Positions 1-9,463 of a stretch of DNA of 45,678 nucleotides are shown one piece after another. The notes beneath the pieces are model-generated. The model was given only the letters and a program-made list of their open reading frames with translations. It was not told the origin of the DNA and searched no databases. Each line of letters begins with the position of its first letter. The stretch's first letter is position 1. The position numbers and the translations under genes were made by a program. The stretch comes from a virus (Duplodnaviria; Heunggongvirae; Uroviricota; Caudoviricetes), in the IMG/VR virus record IMGVR_UViG_2663763326_000005. The stretch is one strand, 5' to 3'.

Positions 1-855
1 TGGCATTATTACTGGAGCCACTGCAGTTCACCTTTATGAGTCACGCACTGCTGATTTCACTGGTAGTTTCCATACCCTGTGCGCTGCTGTCGGTCTTTCT
101 GGTCCTGAAAGGTTGGGCACTGATGGGTGACGCGATGAGTCATGCGGTTTTTCCTGGCATCGTGCTTGCCTGGATTCTGGGGTTACCTTTGGCTACAGGG
201 GCATTCGTCGCCGGAGTATTCTGTGCGGTGGCGACGGGATACCTGAAAGACAACAGCCGAATCAAGCAAGATACAGTGATGGGGATTGTTTTTTTCTGGC
301 ATGTTTGCCGCAGGTCTGATCTTGTATATTGCAGTCAAACCAGACGTACATCTTGACCATATTCTTTTCGGCGACATGCTCGGGATAACCATCGGCGATA
401 TAATCCAGACGATGATTATTGCCGGGCTGGTTACACTTGTTATTAGCGTAAAATGGCGGGATTTTTTGCTGTTCAGCTTTGATTATCAACAGGCGCAGGT
501 AAGCGGTTTGCATACGAGATGGCTGCATTATGGGCTGCTGTGCATGGTCTCTCTGACCATTGTGGCGACGCTGAAAGCGGTAGGTATCATTCTCTCCATT
601 TCTCTGCTCATTGCGCCTGGCGCCATTGCGGTACTCCTGACACAACGCTTTCATATTGCGCTCCTACTGGCGACTGGCATATCGGTAATAGTGTCAATGA
701 CTGGTGTCTGGTTGTCCTTTTTTATCGACAGCGCACCAGCTCCGACGATTGTCGTCTTATTCGCGGTTTTGTTCATCATGACGTTTGCCGTTACCAGCAT
801 CAACGCACGCAAAAAGGGAAACTCCCATACACAGGATCTGTTATCACCCAATTAG
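1..855 (+). pseudogene. sitD: Mn/Fe ABC-transporter permease SitD-like gene, 5-prime end outside window; reading frame switches at a T7 run (289-295)
   Basis: ORFs 36..356 and 286..855 are in different frames but together read as one polytopic permease (ALLLEPLQF..MSHALLISLVVSIPCALLSVFLVLKGWALMGDAMSHAVFPGIV.. then ..SGMFAAGLILYIAVKPDVHLDHILFGDMLGITIGD..). The frame opens from base 3. The join is at gttttttt (289-295). Confidence 0.6.
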
Positions 856-946
856 CACAACATCCGAGGACAGCAACACCCGATACTTTTTCCTGGCTTC
901 CAGCAACGGGGTTTCTTCCTCCGTTGCATATACAGCTCACCTTTTT

Positions 947-1240
947 TCACCCACGATTAACCAACAGCCAGACCAGCAGACACGCCACCACCGGCACAGC
1001 AAAATCCATCAGGCTTGCCACATCCCAAGCTCGCGGATCAAAACCGCCCCACCACGGCATATTCATTCGCTTGCCATGCCCGAACATTTCAATCCAGCGA
1101 TATTCTGCCTGGGTATGTTCACGCGCAATGAAGAACGTACAACCGGCTATCGCTCCGTAAGCCCAGTTTCCGGTAAAAAGACCAACCAGTATCTGCGCAG
1201 CCACAGCACAAAGTGCATGAAGTAAGGGGCTTATATCCAT
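947..1240 (-). CDS. hypothetical small membrane protein (97 aa, about 3 predicted hydrophobic helices)
   Basis: ORF with hydrophobic segments LLHALCAVAAQILVGLFTG, AYGAIAGCTFFIA and LMDFAVPVVACLLVWLLV. Lies 12 bp downstream of the 92-aa ORF on the same strand. Confidence 0.4.
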   Translation of the reverse strand: MDISPLLHALCAVAAQILVGLFTGNWAYGAIAGCTFFIAREHTQAEYRWIEMFGHGKRMNMPWWGGFDPRAWDVASLMDFAVPVVACLLVWLLVNRG

Positions 1241-1252
1241 TATTTCCTCCTT

Positions 1253-1531
1253 TCAGCTCCATTCCCGAAGCGGTGTTTCCAGCTCCACGACATAATCAGA
1301 GAATACAGAAACATCAAACAAGTCATCAAGAATGCGAATGTTGACAAAATAACCGTCATTCCGGACACAGACAGGTTCTCCCTCTTCTGTTACCCCTGTT
1401 TCTGTGTAGGTGAAACCAATTTCATCGACTAACAGTTTATTCTGGAGGTCTTCATCCTCCTCCCAGTCAAGAGATGACAGGAAGGATTTAAACTCTCTGT
1501 TACCAGGAAATTTCAAAGTTAAATCTTTCAT
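1253..1531 (-). CDS. hypothetical small acidic protein (92 aa), start overlaps tail-fibre stop (ATGA)
   Basis: ORF rich in D/E (DWEEDEDLQNKLLVDEIGFTYTETGVTEEGEP). Its ATG at 1531 overlaps the stop of the upstream tail-fibre gene at 1528-1530. Confidence 0.4.
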   Translation of the reverse strand: MKDLTLKFPGNREFKSFLSSLDWEEDEDLQNKLLVDEIGFTYTETGVTEEGEPVCVRNDGYFVNIRILDDLFDVSVFSDYVVELETPLREWS

Positions 1532-3549
1532 ACTGCCTCCTTGATTTGCCTGTCATTTAATTCTTTAAACCAGACTCTGAAATTTCTGATGTGTCCAAAC
1601 AAATGACGCGTTCCTGCTGCGGTCTGCCCACCAAACCGGTACGATGTTGCTGTAACTCCAAATATTTTACCATTAAGGTTTGTTGTATAATTACCATTGC
1701 ATATTGCATTTACTGATAAATCAGATTTAGCTCTCACACCCACAATGAACCTTTCTCCATCTGAGGCAATTTGTGGCTGAACCATTCCTACGTTGGCGCT
1801 TATCTTTCCTGTTGCAACAAACCCCAGCGATAAATAATTATCATCAATACTGTGCCCTCCAACATCAAATATCCTTGGCGCAACATTGGGCGGTGTACTC
1901 CAGTTCCTGCTTACTTCGCACAATACCGTAAAAGGCCGTGTTGACAGGTTATTCTGCGATGGGATAGTAACTACATCACTTGCGCGTGTTGTTGGCATTG
2001 TAGTTACAATAAATGACGATGCCGTATTGCCCAGTTCAATTTGCGGCGTCGTCATGGTTAATGTTGAGTCATCATAGAATGTCTCATTACTTATTTTATT
2101 TGTCATATAAAAAGCACAGTTAACGGTATCAATGTCCGTATTAGCTGTATAAGTGGCCTCATAGTAGGTCCACTCGCCCTGTTGTTCAGCTTTGGCTGTT
2201 ATAAGGGATGTATTACCGCTTACTGTTGCGATCCGGGTATCCAGATCAAGATAAGAGTCAGCAGAGAAGGTATCTGTTCCACCAATAATAACTGAAACTC
2301 TTAACCTGCATCGTGCTTTAGCGCCTTTAACCCGGCACGAAAAAGTGAAACATTCACCACTTGCCAGCGGGAATCTGTCTGCTGCAACCACACCATGCAC
2401 AGTATAGCCACCTGTTGTTCCCACTATACTTTCCGTGGGTGTCACCGTGGCATAATTGAACCCCTGTTTATCAGTGCCAAATGTTTTATTCAGTGCGGAA
2501 TGAACAGTCCATGAGTCTGGTTTATTTGAGTTCCTCAGATAATTTGTCCTCTGTCCTTCAATCAATAAGCCATCGCGCTCAAATCGCGGTTCGTCAACTT
2601 CAGCAAGCTTGAGTTGGCCGGACTTATTAATATACGTTGCTGTTGAAGCACGTTTAAACTTAACAATCTTGTCGCCTGGCATTGTTATTTCATCGTCACC
2701 AATAACTATCTTTTTATAAGATGGCGAAAAACCCGTAATCATATCCAGTGAATCGTTAAACGGTATCCACACATCAGGCAGCGGCGGCACTATATTCGCA
2801 CAGGGCTCTGCAGTCACTTCCGCTGCGGCTTCTGCGCGGTCTGCCGCCTTTTCAGCTCGTGTCGCTGCCGACAGAGCCTCATCCTTTTTCTGCCCGGCCT
2901 TTGTTGCGTCTGCTGCGGCCTCCCGCGCTTTTGTGGTGGCGACTCCGGCATTTTCAGCGGCTGACTCTGCATTACGGCGGGAAGCCTCTTCACTGTCTGC
3001 GGAGGCTTCTTCTGACGCACGGGCATTTGTCTCTGAACGTTCTGCCGCTGTTGCTGCGTTTTGTGCGGCTGTTTTTGAAGAAGCTGCCGCTTTCGCGCTG
3101 TTACCTGCATTCGTCTCTGATGTTTTCGCCGCGTTCCTGGACGATGCCGCTGCTGTTTCTGATTTCTTTGCTGCCGCTGCGCTCTGAGAGGCGGCTTCAG
3201 CGTTGCGTGCCGCCTCTTCCACCATCTTTTCAAAACGATACAGTGCCTCCGGACAAACATCATCTTCTGTTGCAGCGCCCAGAAAATCATTCAATGTCCC
3301 CGGCTTAGAATCCTCATACACGGTGATGGTCCCGGCATGTGAAGGCGGAAAACCTTCAACCAGCAGGGCGACGCTGTACTGGCCATACTCAACATCCATG
3401 CTGTAACGTCCGGCTTCATCCGGATTTTCTGAGGCCACCGTGTTCACCACAACTGTGGTGCTGTTACGTTTTGCTTTGAGCTGAATGGTGCAGTTCTGTA
3501 TCGGTTTTCCTGCACCGTCTTTCAGCACACCTGAAATCTGTACTGCCAT
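1528..3549 (-). CDS. side tail fiber protein (Stf-like), about 673 aa
   Basis: N-terminus MAVQISGVLKDGAGKPIQNCTIQLKAKRNSTTVVVNTVASENPDEAGRYSMDVEYGQYSV matches the conserved N-terminal domain of lambdoid side tail fibers as I recall them, followed by an Ala/Ser/Thr-rich repetitive shaft. ATG at 3549 is preceded by GGAG; the ORF-track start at 3555 is a GTG. Confidence 0.75.
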   Translation of the reverse strand: MAVQISGVLKDGAGKPIQNCTIQLKAKRNSTTVVVNTVASENPDEAGRYSMDVEYGQYSVALLVEGFPPSHAGTITVYEDSKPGTLNDFLGAATEDDVCPEALYRFEKMVEEAARNAEAASQSAAAAKKSETAAASSRNAAKTSETNAGNSAKAAASSKTAAQNAATAAERSETNARASEEASADSEEASRRNAESAAENAGVATTKAREAAADATKAGQKKDEALSAATRAEKAADRAEAAAEVTAEPCANIVPPLPDVWIPFNDSLDMITGFSPSYKKIVIGDDEITMPGDKIVKFKRASTATYINKSGQLKLAEVDEPRFERDGLLIEGQRTNYLRNSNKPDSWTVHSALNKTFGTDKQGFNYATVTPTESIVGTTGGYTVHGVVAADRFPLASGECFTFSCRVKGAKARCRLRVSVIIGGTDTFSADSYLDLDTRIATVSGNTSLITAKAEQQGEWTYYEATYTANTDIDTVNCAFYMTNKISNETFYDDSTLTMTTPQIELGNTASSFIVTTMPTTRASDVVTIPSQNNLSTRPFTVLCEVSRNWSTPPNVAPRIFDVGGHSIDDNYLSLGFVATGKISANVGMVQPQIASDGERFIVGVRAKSDLSVNAICNGNYTTNLNGKIFGVTATSYRFGGQTAAGTRHLFGHIRNFRVWFKELNDRQIKEAV
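2810..3250 (-). repeat. low-complexity Ala-rich degenerate repeat region inside the tail-fibre gene
   Basis: Protein segment AARNAEAASQSAAAAKKSETAAASSRNAAKTSETNAGNSAKAAASSKTAAQNAATAAERSETNARASEEAS. It creates spurious long ORFs in other frames (2814..3290, 2859..3308, 2933..3187). Confidence 0.5.
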
Positions 3550-3560
3550 ATTCACTCCAC

Positions 3561-3588
3561 AAATAAAAAAGGCACCATTTCTGGTGCC
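3561..3588 (-). terminator. intrinsic terminator between J and the tail-fibre gene
   Basis: Minus strand reads GGCACCA-GAAA-TGGTGCC followed by TTTTTTATTT (plus-strand stem 3571-3577 / 3582-3588, A-run 3561-3570). Confidence 0.7.
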
Positions 3589-3607
3589 CGAATTTGGGTT
3601 TTAAAAT

Positions 3608-6600
3608 TCAACTGATACTGATGCCGGCTGTTGATTTCTTCATCACGACAACAAGAAGGTCGCTGATACTGGTCGTTGGCGTCCAGTTATTTGCACCATA
3701 TGAAGAAACATTGAAAGTCAGGGTGACATGGCCGTGTCCGGCAGGCATATCAATGACTGATGAAAATACCCTGCTGACATCCGTCGCGGGTTGCTGAAAG
3801 ATTTCCTGTCCGTTCTTCAGCACCTGCAGCTTACAGGTTGAATACCAGTATGACTGTTGGTTGTTGCTGTTGAAGTTTTCATGCTTACCACCGCGAAACA
3901 GAACGGGGGGGACGACTATCTGACGGTCAAAAGCCTGGTCATCGTACACAGTGACCGTTATTGTACCGCTGGCATAACTGCCATTTCTCGGAAAGGCTTT
4001 TCCCACCGTTTTGACAATATCACCTTCAATCTGGTTAGCTGACAGTTTTCCCAGAATCCGACAGTTCTGGTTAATCGTGACATTATTGAGCGTCCCGGAG
4101 TTCGCATTCACGTTACCGCTGATATCCGCATTTCTCGCAGAAAGTCGACCATCAGGTGTCAGTGAAAACGTTGGGGATTGCCACCGCTGGTAATGGTGGG
4201 AGCCGTCAGATATTTCAGGAACACTTCGTTCATGAATATCTGATCGCCCTGCCCAACAAACATCGGCTTTGTATTGCCATTCGCAGGATTAATCATCGCA
4301 ATCCTGTCCGCCGCCAGCAGCACCTGACTCTGCATACCGTCAGGGGTATTCTCAATACCGGCACCAATACCCGCGATATAAAGGCGTCCGTCCTGCATCT
4401 GCTGCAGCTTCACAGCCCACATGCTGTTCAGGTTATTATTTGTATCAACCTGAACCTTCTGTATCTGCTGGATCGCTGCACTCTGGTCTTCCAGTTTCTT
4501 ATTGACGGTCTGCGTGATTTCATTGCTGACATCCGTAATGGACGTCCTGATTTCAGCCAGGTCAGGCGCAAGCTGACCGTTATCAATCTGCGTCCACAAC
4601 TCCTGAGCCAGATGGGTTTTCCCTATCTCTCCTTTGAAAAAATCCAGATAGCCGGATGCATCATCACTCGGCTGGCCAACAGCCTCCACAAATGCCGATT
4701 TGCCAACGGTGTTCACACTGCGAATGTAAAAATAATAATCATGGCCCGGTTTGATATTGATACTGGCGGCTATCCAGTACAGCGCCGTACCAAGATAACG
4801 CGCGCTGGCTTCAACCTGCCTGATATCCGCAATCCGCTTTTCCGAGAACCAGAACTCAAACTGTACCGTCGGATCATAAACGGCAAGATGCGGCGTTGCG
4901 GTTATCTGAAAATAGCCCGGCGTCAGCTCAATCCGCGATGGCGCTGCCGGTGCGGCAATCCGGAACGATACCGACGCCGGATCCCCCTGCTGCCCCCACG
5001 CATTTACCGCCCGGACTGTCAGCCTGTAGTTCCCCAGCGCCAGTTGCCTGAAGCGGTATGTGGTTTCCGTCGTCCTGGCCGTGCTGACCAGCCGCTCACT
5101 GCCGTCATCCGCTGCCACGGTCAGGCGAAGCATAAAGCTCACCCCCTTCACCACCTTCGGTGTGTCCCATCGCGCCAGCACCTGATATTCCCCGCTGTCT
5201 GCGGTGACTTCTGCGGTCAGGTGCTGCACCGCGGGCGGCGTGACACCATTCACCGTGCCACTCTGTTCGCCGTCAAAGTGCGCCCCGTTATCCACGATGG
5301 TCTCTTTTTCCGGCACATGCTGCACGGCGGTGATGGCATACGTGCCGTCGTCGTTTTCACGGATACTCACGCAGCGGAACAGTCGCTGGCGCAGCGTCGG
5401 CAGCTTCAGCCCCATACGCTGTATTCAGCAACACCGTCAGGAACACGGCTCACTTTCACCTTCACGCCGTCGGTGACGGACTGAACCTCCACGCTGACCG
5501 GATTGCCACTTCCGTCAACCAGGCTTATCAGCGTGGTACCGGAGGATGGCAGCGTGATTTCACGGTCGAGCGTCAGCGTCCGGGTCTGGCTGTTCACCGC
5601 CAGCACACGACCACCGGTGCTGATACCGGCATAGTCATCATCGCAGATTTCAATGACATCCCCCGGTACATGGCGAAGCCCTTCAGCACCCACGCTGAAG
5701 TCCACGGTCTGCGTTTCCAGCAGCTCCGTTTTAATCAGCCACAGCCCGGCGCGGTGTGCCTGCCCCCGGCTGGTACAGCCAAAGGCATCCATCTTCGTGA
5801 CGTTACGGCCGTAACGGGCAATGGCCTGCGTATCCTCCACGAGCTCTGTCGCCGTCTCCCAGCCGTTATCCGGGTCAATCCAGTTCACCTCAACGGCATT
5901 ATGGCGGTCCTTCAGGGCGCTGAAGCTGTAGCGGAACGGCGCGCCATCATCCGGCATCACCACATTACTGCGGTTATAGGTCCACACCTTATCTGATGGT
6001 CGGTCCTGCACGAACGTCAGCGTCTGCCCGTTCCATACCGGCATACAGCGCATCGCCGAGCAGAAATCACTGAGCACATCCCACGCCTTGCGCTGTGTGG
6101 TCAGGTACGCATTACAGGTAATGCGCGGCTCCGTGCCGCCAAAGCCGTCCGGCACCGACTGGTCGCAGTACTGGCCGATGACATACAGCGCCCATTTATC
6201 CACATCCGCCGCACCAAGACGTTTCCCCATGCCGTAGCGCGGATGGGTCAGCATATCCCACAGACACCAGGCCATGTTGTTGCTGTATGCCGGTTTTAAC
6301 GTTCCGTCCCAGATACCGCTGTATTGCCGCGTCTGCGGGTTATAGTTCGACGGCACCTGCAGAATGCGCCCGCGAAGATGATAATTACGGCTCACCTGCT
6401 GGCTGCCGAACTGCTCCGAGTCCACCTGCACGCCAACCAGTGCCGTGTTCGGGTAGCACTGTTTCACATCGATGATTTCGGTGTATGACGACCAGAGCGT
6501 TTTGTTCAGCAGCTGGTCTGTGGTGCTGTCCGGCGTCATCCTGCGCATCCGGATATTAAACGGGCGCGGCGGCAGGTTATCCACCACCACCGAGGCCAGA

Positions 6601-7088
6601 TACTGCGAGGTGGTTTTGCCCTTAATGGTGATGTCTTTTTCCGTCACCCAGCCACCGTTACGCTGTATCTGAACCAGCAGGCGAACTTCCGACGGATTCC
6701 TGTCTCCCTTTGAGGTGGTTTCCACCAGTGCCTGTACACCGAAGGTAAAGCGCAGACGGTCGATGTTTGCCGACGTGATGGTCCGGGTGATCGGCGTGTC
6801 ATATTTCACTTCCGTACCCAGCACCGTCTCGGAGCCGGAGGATTCAAATCCCTCCGGCGGTGACTGCTCCTGCTCACCGGCCCGGAACACCACCGTGACG
6901 CCGGATATATTGGTATTCCCCTCACTGTCCAGCACCGGCGTACTGTTCAGCAGCACGCTTTTTAATCCATCCACCGGACCTTCAACCGGCCCTTCGCTGA
7001 TGGCATCGATCACACTCAGCAGCTGCGTGGACTTCAGGTTGTCCTTCGCTTCGCGCGGGGTATGCCCCTTACTGCTGCCTTTACCCAT
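3608..7088 (-). pseudogene. J: tail tip / host specificity protein J, reading frame interrupted twice
   Basis: ORFs 5406..7088 (MGKGSSKGHTPREAKDNLKSTQLLSVIDAISEGPVEGPVDGLKSVLLNSTPVLD...), 4159..5415 and 3608..4111 are consecutive segments of lambda J in three frames. Joins are at a C4 run (5410-5413) and a G4 run (4173-4176); adding one base at each restores a continuous J-like frame. Confidence 0.85.
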
Positions 7089-7148
7089 TCGTCATGCTCC
7101 ATAAACGATAAAACCGCCCGGAGGCGGTTTCACATAAAACGTTTTTCA

Positions 7149-7790
7149 TCAGCGACCAATCACCACAACCTGACCACCATCACCTTCATCTGCTGTGCTG
7201 ATCTCCTGAGATACCACACGTGATCCCACGCGCATTTCACCGTACAGAACGGGCAGAACATTGCCCTGGGCAACCATATTATCCAGTGAAGAAAAATAGG
7301 TGTTCTGTTTGCCGTTATCCGTTGTCTGTGTGCGGGGGGTTCTGGGTTTAGGGGCCAGCATCTGTGCAACACCGCCAAGCGTCATACTGGCACCGAGAGA
7401 AAACAGCAGATTACTCGCCATAATTCCTACCCCCGGCATCCATATAGCAACCGCCATAACAGCCGCCCCCAGCACAGCCTGAAACACACCGCCACTTTTG
7501 GCTCCTGCCAGACGCGGCACGATATGGATCACAGCACCATTTGCCAGCGGTTCATTAAGACGGGCTGATAATTCCGTTTCACCTGTATCACGCCCGGCAA
7601 TCCGTACCTGATACCAGCCGTCGCTCAGTTTCTGACGAAACGCCGGGAGCTGTGTGGCCAGCGCCCGGATGGCTTCAGCCCCCGTTTTCACACGAAGGTC
7701 GATGCGGCGGCCAAATCGTTGTAAATCCCCGTAAAGGCAGATGCGCGCCATGCCCGGTGACGCCAGAGGGAGTGTGTGCGTCGCTGCCAT
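7149..7790 (-). CDS. I: tail assembly protein I
   Basis: MAATHTLPLASPGMARICLYGDLQRFGRRIDLRVKTGAEAIRALATQLPAFRQKLSDGWYQVRIAGRD matches lambda I; overlaps K as in lambda. Confidence 0.9.
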   Translation of the reverse strand: MAATHTLPLASPGMARICLYGDLQRFGRRIDLRVKTGAEAIRALATQLPAFRQKLSDGWYQVRIAGRDTGETELSARLNEPLANGAVIHIVPRLAGAKSGGVFQAVLGAAVMAVAIWMPGVGIMASNLLFSLGASMTLGGVAQMLAPKPRTPRTQTTDNGKQNTYFSSLDNMVAQGNVLPVLYGEMRVGSRVVSQEISTADEGDGGQVVVIGR

Positions 7791-8431
7791 TTGTCGGTAT
7801 ACCTCTCTCGTTTGCTCAGTTGTTCAGGAATATGGTGCAGCAGCTCGCCATCACCACAGTAAATGGCGGCATGATTCGGCACCGATGAACCAAAACAGCA
7901 CAGCAGCACATCGCCCGGTTGTGCTGATGACAACGGCACCTGATACAGCCCTGTGGCCTCCAGATTATCCAGATAGAGATTCTGACCGTGACGCCACCAG
8001 TCATCCCCGCGATGAAAATCCGGCATCTCAATCCCCGCCAGATGATAAGCATCCCGGAACAGCGTGTAACAGTCCGTCACCCCGTGCTCAAAGCACCGCC
8101 CGGTAAGATGCGGCACACAGCGGAATTTATGAATCTCACCCCGGCAGACCAGCCACCACGGCAAATCGCTCTGCACCTGCAGCCGCCTGTCAGCCTCACT
8201 CAGCCAGGGCAGACCACCGGGGTGGCTGTGGACCAGCGCCACAATCTCACCCTGCATCTCTGCCCGCAGCCAGTCCTCCGGCGACATCCGGAAATACGCC
8301 TCCGGCTCACCGGAGATATTCACGCAGGGAAAATATCTTTCCCCCTTCGGCGTTCTCACCACGAAGCCACACGACTCCGCTGGCGCACATCGCCGGGCGT
8401 GCGCCAGAATCGCTGATTCTGTCTGTGTCAT
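7688..8431 (-). CDS. K: tail assembly protein K
   Basis: From internal Met, MTQTESAILAHARRCAPAESCGFVV.. matches lambda K; the longer ORF-track start at 8473 is probably an upstream extension. Confidence 0.85.
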   Translation of the reverse strand: MTQTESAILAHARRCAPAESCGFVVRTPKGERYFPCVNISGEPEAYFRMSPEDWLRAEMQGEIVALVHSHPGGLPWLSEADRRLQVQSDLPWWLVCRGEIHKFRCVPHLTGRCFEHGVTDCYTLFRDAYHLAGIEMPDFHRGDDWWRHGQNLYLDNLEATGLYQVPLSSAQPGDVLLCCFGSSVPNHAAIYCGDGELLHHIPEQLSKRERYTDKWQRRTHSLWRHRAWRASAFTGIYNDLAAASTFV

Positions 8432-8435
8432 GGGA

Positions 8436-9134
8436 TTACTGCGAAAGTTTGTTAATGGAAAGGAAGCCGCCAAAGTTGCCGACGTTATTGCGGAACTTAC
8501 AACCGCTCAGGCATTTGCTGCATTTATCCTTCGTGATATCGGACGTTGGCTGGTCATATTCATCCGCGACAGCCGGACCGCTATAACCGCACTCGTCACC
8601 GCGATAGGTCCAGGTGCAGGTGTTGGCCAGCATGATACGTCCCGGAAAAACAGCGCCATCCGTTTCCGTCGGCGTGGACAGTACAAAGGAGGCACTCACC
8701 GCGCTCAGTTCGCTGCACTGCTCAATGCGCCAGCGGCTGATCACCTCCTGCTCCGGATCGGCATAACTGTTTCCGTTGACGAAGTTCACCGCATCCAGAA
8801 AACGGGCGTAAACCTTACGCCGGACCACCGTTCCGCCGACCAGACTCTGCAGATCTTCCGCCATCCCGGTGACCATACCGTACAGGTTAGAAACCGTCAG
8901 CGTGGGGCGCGTACTGGTGCCTTTGCCATTCAGTTCAAAACCGCTCCCCTGAATGGGATACGGCTGATACTGTCGCCCCTGCCAGGTGACCGGCTCACCT
9001 TTTTCGTTCTGCTCATTACAGAAAAAATAACGTTCTCCACCGACCTCTGTCAGGTCGATTTCCCAGAGCACCACGCTGGCCGACTGCTCCGCACGGGTGC
9101 ATTCATTCAGTGTTTCCTGCCGGATATCCTGCAT
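8436..9134 (-). CDS. L: minor tail protein L
   Basis: MQDIRQETLNECTRAEQSASVVLWEIDLTEVGGERYFFCNEQNEKGEPVTWQGRQYQPYPIQGSGFELNGKG; 232 aa as lambda L. Confidence 0.9.
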   Translation of the reverse strand: MQDIRQETLNECTRAEQSASVVLWEIDLTEVGGERYFFCNEQNEKGEPVTWQGRQYQPYPIQGSGFELNGKGTSTRPTLTVSNLYGMVTGMAEDLQSLVGGTVVRRKVYARFLDAVNFVNGNSYADPEQEVISRWRIEQCSELSAVSASFVLSTPTETDGAVFPGRIMLANTCTWTYRGDECGYSGPAVADEYDQPTSDITKDKCSKCLSGCKFRNNVGNFGGFLSINKLSQ

Positions 9135-9463
9135 CAGTTCACCACCTGTTCAAACTCTGCGCTGAACTCAACACGCAGCATACTGACCCGCGACGACCAT
9201 TTTGCGCAGGTCACCTTTATCTGCTGCCACTCATAAGGCGGCGTCCACAGAAAGGATTTCCAGCCCCCGTGCTCTTCCAGAAACGACTCCAGTACCGTGG
9301 CCTCCTCACGGGGGACAGAAAGCGTCACGCTGTACGTTTTCAGGTTGGCATTCAGCCCGGCAGGCGCTCGCTGAGAATAGCCATCACCAAAGCGCACCTT
9401 TCTTACAGAAGGGACCGAAGCCACATCCATACCGGGTTTCACTTTCCAGCGGAAGGTCTTCAT
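9134..9463 (-). CDS. M: minor tail protein M
   Basis: MKTFRWKVKPGMDVASVPSVRKVRFGDGYSQRAPAGLNANLKTYSV; 109 aa as lambda M. Confidence 0.9.
   Translation of the reverse strand: MKTFRWKVKPGMDVASVPSVRKVRFGDGYSQRAPAGLNANLKTYSVTLSVPREEATVLESFLEEHGGWKSFLWTPPYEWQQIKVTCAKWSSRVSMLRVEFSAEFEQVVN

Noticed and set aside
36-855. Two separate genes at 36..356 and 286..855
   Set aside because: Both are pieces of one sitD-like permease joined at a T7 run; not two genes.
2814-3308. Overlapping ORFs 2814..3290 (-), 2859..3308 (+) and 2933..3187 (+)
   Set aside because: Alternate-frame readings of the Ala-rich repetitive codons of the tail-fibre shaft; the in-frame tail-fibre ORF explains the region.
4156-5484. 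442-aa plus-strand ORF
   Set aside because: Lies antisense to J across a region where the minus strand encodes a well-conserved J segment; the product is Arg/His-rich low complexity with no RBS. Shadow ORF.
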